Origin: Cyanobacteria bacterium P01_F01_bin.150
GTDB taxonomy: Bacteria; Cyanobacteriota; Cyanobacteriia; CAKZMO01
DNA length: 64,000 nucleotides
NCBI GenBank assembly: GCA_039189765.1
Contig: JBCCYL010000017.1
Coordinates: 29,102-93,101 of the forward strand
Direction of reading: 5' to 3'
Below are positions 60,001 through 64,000 of this stretch, piece by piece; positions within the stretch are counted from its first letter, which is position 1; every line of letters begins with the position of its first letter. A program made the translations under genes and the position numbers. Below the pieces are notes generated by a model. It was not told the origin of the DNA. It made no database searches and saw only the letters and a program-made list of their open reading frames with translations.

Positions 60001-60565
60001 CCGAGTGGATGACTCCGATGTGGTCAAATTCATTGCAGATGCTCCGGATACTCTAGGATCAGTAACCTCCGGTCGCTTTGAAATGTTCGTAGACGGGAGC
60101 GATGTTGCCCTTAACCGAAGCTCTGAAGATATTGATGCATTGAACTTACTACCGAATGGCGATCTGCTGATTTCAACCATAGGTAATGCCAAGCTGGTCG
60201 GCAATATCAACGCCAAAGCTCAGGACATTATCCGTTTTAGCCTTACCTCAACAGGAGTCAATACTACTGCTACGGCATCTCTGGAGTTTGACGGCAGTGA
60301 CGTCAATCTGAAGGCGAGGGGTGAGAATTTGGATGCGATCGCCTTTCAAGGGGATGATTTACTATTCTCCACCACAGGCCGCTGGGTGTCTGGGGCAGAA
60401 TCTGGGCGTCGAGAAGATGCGGCCCTGTTTACTGGCACATTTGGGTCCAACACCTCCGGAAGCTTTGCCGATGACCTGTTCTTCGATGGCAGTACCTTTG
60501 GGTTTAATGGCAACCTTACTGGACTGGACGTTAGTGTTAACAATGCTCCTGGTTCTATTGCATAA
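57068..60565 (+). CDS. ExeM/NucH-family extracellular nuclease with Calx-beta domain
   Basis: Calx-beta EGNSG..FTVTRSG; GFFVQE, EGMLV; ASFNVLNYF, NHFKSK, GDLNAY, SDHDP. Confidence 0.92.
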   Translation: MATILSAGDIAIVGFNFDNPDELAFVPLVDIASGTEISFTDNGWQATGSFRATEGTFTWIAPTDIAAGTVVNPTVSGVAFSASGDQILAYQGDASNPTFIYALNSEGPGAWQADATSSNTSALPTGLVNTETAVALNEIDNAIYTGITSGTTAELLTAISDSANWSGDNSNRQTMPTASFTVTDAGGNGGGTTLAIAPDTTVQAEGNSGTTPFTFTVTRSGDTSGATSVSYAVSGDADAADFGGTLPSGTVNFADGETTQTITLDVSADTDSEPDEDFTVTISNPTNGATLTAAAADGTILNDDGVALTLISEVQGSGDASPLVGDEVTIEAVVVGDFQDGAAGTNGDLNGFFVQEETADTDADPLTSEGLFIFDGSSPSVDVNIGDVVQITGTVSEFFNQTQITASSVVIQSGSATIVPTNIDLPTVSTTTDDEGELLADLEAYEGMLVTFGDTLTVDEYFNYDRFGEIRLTEGDRPYQFTQTNDPSQAGFQAHLEDLAKRSIVLDDGFTTQNPEDLPYPAPGFADNNAFRGGDTVTGLTGVLNYSFDQYRVQPTQDPVFISQNPRPSGPDDVGGRLTVASFNVLNYFTTLDEGGNTSGPNNLGPRGADSQAEFDRQQQKLVTAIAELDADILGLVELENTDIVGGEDVVLENLVNAINARLGSTVYDYVPTGFIGGDAIKVGYIYKTATAQPSGDFAVLDSSVDPTFVDDRNRPALAQTFEEVATGEKLTLAVNHFKSKGPSGLSNTADPNFDQGDGQGFWNAVRTDAATALTNWLATDPTNSGDSDFLILGDLNAYANEDPIKAIEAAGYTDLAEAFANGEVPYSFLFDGQLGTLDYGLANESLLSQVTGVTEWHVNADEPDALDYNLDFGRDPSLFNGNNEFRNSDHDPLLIGLNLESEPTFDPFFFSGTKDKTVDGLTFGSEDIVFFDGEAFSIAFDGSDVLPRRTALSAFDVISDTEILMSFTKPVKLDGLGRVDDSDVVKFIADAPDTLGSVTSGRFEMFVDGSDVALNRSSEDIDALNLLPNGDLLISTIGNAKLVGNINAKAQDIIRFSLTSTGVNTTATASLEFDGSDVNLKARGENLDAIAFQGDDLLFSTTGRWVSGAESGRREDAALFTGTFGSNTSGSFADDLFFDGSTFGFNGNLTGLDVSVNNAPGSIA

Positions 60566-61008
60566 TTCATTGACATAATTGCGATCGCCTAATTCTTCCA
60601 GCCCCCAGTGAATTTGAGGAATAAACGATAACCCGTGGGGGGCAAGGATAGCGCTCACTCCAGTCACAATGTCGTCATTGAGCCGATAAAAGCCTAAGTT
60701 TTTCTGGATGGGTAAATCATGGGCATGGGCAAAGCGGGCGATCGCCCTTCTCCCCCTTCACTATTCCCTCATCCCTCTCCATGCTTTTTGTGTTTCTGTG
60801 CTGAAATTGAACCTCATAGAAAAAAATGAAAGTGCTTTGTCCTGACCAATTGCTATATTGAATTTTCGTCATCTAGTGCGGATGTCCTTGGAGAAAAGCA
60901 CTCCAACGTCTCCTTCAAAAGCCTCTGTGAACAATGCCACGATGCCCTCTCAGGAAAGACACCACGAGTCAACCATAGATTAGACAGATTAAGGAATTAG
61001 TCTCATAT

Positions 61009-61060
61009 CTTAATCCGCTAATAACTTAAAAATAAACTCTGGTAATTCTAAGCTTAACCT
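61009..61060 (+). promoter_or_regulatory. Pho-box-like array
   Basis: CTTAATCC/AATAACTT/AATAAACT/GTAATTCT/CTTAACCT at 11-bp period. Confidence 0.55.
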
Positions 61061-61245
61061 GCCCGTGGAATTGTGGAATGTGGACTAATTGCTCCAAGAA
61101 GGTATAGAGGAATACCATTCTCAAGTTCTGAAGACCTGGGGTTGACGGAACTTGAGCGACTCCAGCATTTACCCAGGAGTTTTAACCCCTATCACTTTTC
61201 TTCCTTCTTTGAGTAATTGGCATTAACCTTTATCCTGGCTTAATA

Positions 61246-63888
61246 ATGACTCAATTTAATCGTGTTGCATCTTTTATCGTTGCTAGTCAAATTGACCCAA
61301 ACAGTAACACCGATACGGAAACGGCTGCTGAAATTGTCACGGTGAGTACAGACGGTAATACCCTCATCTATTCTGACTCTCCCCAGGAACAAATTGGATT
61401 AGTTGATATTAGCAACCCGTCTGAGCCTGCTGGGTTAGGGGTTTTTAGCGTTGGAGGAGAGCCAACGAGTGTCGCAGTATTGAATAATTTTGCCCTGGTT
61501 GCGGTTAACACCAGTACAGACTTTATCAATACATCAGGACAGCTAGTCGCGGTTGATATCTCCACCCCAGCCACCCCGACCATTACTAATACCCTGGATA
61601 TTGGTGGACAACCCGATTCGATTGCCGTCAGCCCCGATGGTAACTACGCCGTTATTGCCATTGAAAATGAAAGAGATGAAGACTTGGGCGATGGCGGACT
61701 CCCTCAAGCTCCAGCAGGATTTGCGGTGGTTGTGGATACCTCAGATGCTGACCCGAACAACTGGTCAACCACCCAAATTGATTTAACAGGTCTCGCAGGT
61801 GTGAGTGTCCCTGAAGATCCAGAGCCAGAATTCGTGGATATCAGCAGCAACAATATTGCCGCTGTCACCCTACAGGAAAACAACGCCATCGTTCTCATTG
61901 ATCTGGCAGCAGGCACGGTGCTTCGCAGCTTCTCTGCTGGCACGGTCGATTTAACAAACGTTGACACCGCAGAAGACGGCCTTATCCATCAAACCGCATC
62001 ATTGAATAATGTGCCCCGTGAACCCGATGGGATTACCTTTATTGGCACAGACTATATTGCCACTGCGGATGAGGGGGATCTGGATGGCGGTAGCCGAGGC
62101 TTTACCATTTTTGACCTGAATGGAAACGTCGTGTATACCTCTGGCAATGAGATGGATCAAATTGCTGCCCAAGTGGGGCACTATCCAGATGAACGCTCCG
62201 AGAATAAAGGGAATGAACCCGAGAATATAGAATTTGCCTCCTACGATGGCAAGGATTATCTCTTTGTCAATTCCGAGCGGTCCAGCCTCGTCTTTGTTTA
62301 CGATGTTGCCGATCCAACTCAGCCCGTATTTCAACAGGTGCTTCCGGCTGGGGTTGGTCCTGAAGGGGGCAAAGCTATTCCCGATCGCAATCTGCTGGTG
62401 GTTGCCTCAGAAGAGGATAATCGTGGCGACAAGATTCGCTCCGTGATCAATATCTACGAAGCCTCAGACGATCCTGCGGCCTATCCCACACTCCAGTCTA
62501 ATATTGGAGATAATGGCGTGCCGATTCCCTGGAGCGCCATGTCTGGTCTCTCTGCTGGCCCAGACAATATTCTCTATGCCGTTGAAGACAGCTTCTATAA
62601 TTCGAACCGTTTCTTCACCATCGACACGTCTACAACGCCATCGACGCTGACCCAAGCAACCATGATTAAAGACACCAACAGCGTATTTGCGGCAGTGGCT
62701 CCCTTTGGGGATTTTAGCGCAGAGGATTTGGCAGCCCTGATCAACGATGACAATACCGTCAATATCGATCCAGAAGGGATTGCTGCCACTGATGACGGTT
62801 TTGTCTGGATTGCCTCTGAGGGCAGTGGCACCGTTGGCGATGAAAATCGGCCCATTACAAGCCTGAATTTCCTGTTTAAGGTCGGCGTAGAAGATGGCGC
62901 GATCGCCGAAGTTGTCACCCTGCCCGATGAACTGAACGCTATCCAAGTTCGCTTTGGTCTTGAGGGTGTGGCCTACGACAATGGTCTCTTAGTCGCGGTG
63001 CTCCAGCGGGCATGGGGCGATGACCCAAATCCCCGCGTGCTGGTGTATGACACCAATACCTCCGAGTGGGTTGGGGATTATTTCTATCCGTTGGATGCGG
63101 TCGAGTCCCAGAATGGTGGCTGGGTTGGCCTGTCGGATATTTCGCCGTTGGGAAGCGATCGCTTCCTTGTGCTGGAGCGAGACAACCAGGGTGGCCCTGA
63201 TGCGGCCATTAAGCGCTTGTATACCATCAACCTTTCCCCCGATCTCCAGGATGGCGATACCTTGGAGAAAACCTTTGTCCGCGATTTAATTCCTGATTTT
63301 GCGGAGGCCGGGGGGCTGACTCCTGAGAAGCTTGAAGGGCTTGCCGTAGATAAAAATGGCGTTTGGGTGATTAATGATAATGATGGTGTTGATGACAACA
63401 GCGGTGAGACTCAACTTTTGAACTTGGGTGATTTATTTCCCAAGCAGAGGGTCAAAGGCTCGAACAAAAAGGATCGATTAATCGGCAGCTTGGGTGATGA
63501 TGTGTTACGGGGTCGCAAAGGAAACGATCGCCTTGTCGGTGGCGAGGGAGACGATACGTTAATTGGTGGTCGAGGCAGCGATCGCCTCATCGGCGGCGAA
63601 GGAGACGACACCTTTGTCTTTAAGCGGGGTGACCTGCGCGATCGCCCAGACAAAATCCTTGATTTTGAAGTGGGCAGCGATATGATCGATTTGCAAAAGG
63701 TATTACGGGGCAATCGATTTGAATCAGATGATCCGTTTGCAGACTTTGTTCGAATAAAAGGTACTGGCAAACGTACCCGGGTTCAAATTGATGCTAACGG
63801 CAATAAAGCAGGTGGCCCCTTTGAAACCTTGGCAATTCTTAAAGGAGTCGATGCCGATACGGTTGATTCGGATAGTTTTCTAATCTGA
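61246..63888 (+). CDS. secreted alkaline phosphatase/phytase-like esterase with RTX repeats
   Basis: FNRVASF, EPEFV, TADEGD, RSENKGNEPE, DPEGI, VLERDN, NDNDG; GGxGxDxL nonapeptides. Confidence 0.85.
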   Translation: MTQFNRVASFIVASQIDPNSNTDTETAAEIVTVSTDGNTLIYSDSPQEQIGLVDISNPSEPAGLGVFSVGGEPTSVAVLNNFALVAVNTSTDFINTSGQLVAVDISTPATPTITNTLDIGGQPDSIAVSPDGNYAVIAIENERDEDLGDGGLPQAPAGFAVVVDTSDADPNNWSTTQIDLTGLAGVSVPEDPEPEFVDISSNNIAAVTLQENNAIVLIDLAAGTVLRSFSAGTVDLTNVDTAEDGLIHQTASLNNVPREPDGITFIGTDYIATADEGDLDGGSRGFTIFDLNGNVVYTSGNEMDQIAAQVGHYPDERSENKGNEPENIEFASYDGKDYLFVNSERSSLVFVYDVADPTQPVFQQVLPAGVGPEGGKAIPDRNLLVVASEEDNRGDKIRSVINIYEASDDPAAYPTLQSNIGDNGVPIPWSAMSGLSAGPDNILYAVEDSFYNSNRFFTIDTSTTPSTLTQATMIKDTNSVFAAVAPFGDFSAEDLAALINDDNTVNIDPEGIAATDDGFVWIASEGSGTVGDENRPITSLNFLFKVGVEDGAIAEVVTLPDELNAIQVRFGLEGVAYDNGLLVAVLQRAWGDDPNPRVLVYDTNTSEWVGDYFYPLDAVESQNGGWVGLSDISPLGSDRFLVLERDNQGGPDAAIKRLYTINLSPDLQDGDTLEKTFVRDLIPDFAEAGGLTPEKLEGLAVDKNGVWVINDNDGVDDNSGETQLLNLGDLFPKQRVKGSNKKDRLIGSLGDDVLRGRKGNDRLVGGEGDDTLIGGRGSDRLIGGEGDDTFVFKRGDLRDRPDKILDFEVGSDMIDLQKVLRGNRFESDDPFADFVRIKGTGKRTRVQIDANGNKAGGPFETLAILKGVDADTVDSDSFLI

Positions 63889-63965
63889 GCCTAAGTCATC
63901 ATAACGATCAACTTTAGGCTAGTCATGGGGACGCTTTTCGCCTCCACGACCGTTAGTCATATATA

Positions 63966-63986
63966 CCTCCGGCTTTGCCGGAGGTT
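63966..63986. repeat. hairpin resembling IS200/IS605 end or REP
   Basis: ACCTCCGGC-TTT-GCCGGAGGT at window edge. Confidence 0.45.
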
Positions 63987-64000
63987 TGAAAATAAGAAGC

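Overview
Cyanobacterial accessory region (dense HIP1 GCGATCGC octamers, STRR-type heptamer repeats, Uma2/XisI genes). 1-10 kb is the distal end of an extracellular contractile injection system (two baseplate proteins, a short tail fibre, tape measure), followed by a degraded IS1 with a nested MITE. 11.4-27.3 kb is a C-P lyase phosphonate cluster (phnGHIJKLM, second phnM, phnZ-like HD, phosphodiesterase, phnDCE) with interleaved foreign genes. An intact-looking IS630 follows. 28.5-40.6 kb is a mosaic of TA modules, a C-protein-regulated type II R-M system and arsR-gap-arsJ. It also holds two homologous integron-like platforms that the ORF track does not show: an attI-like site, a ~41-bp repeat ladder, a truncated intI and one textbook attC cassette. 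40.9-64 kb holds secreted phosphorus-scavenging enzymes (alkaline phosphatase/5'-nucleotidase, ExeM-type nuclease, phytase-like), pstS, arsR-permease, more TA debris and a GNAT-PIN/ASCH pair. Pho-box-like 11-bp-period repeats precede five of the phosphorus loci. All calls come from motif recognition by eye; no database searches were run.
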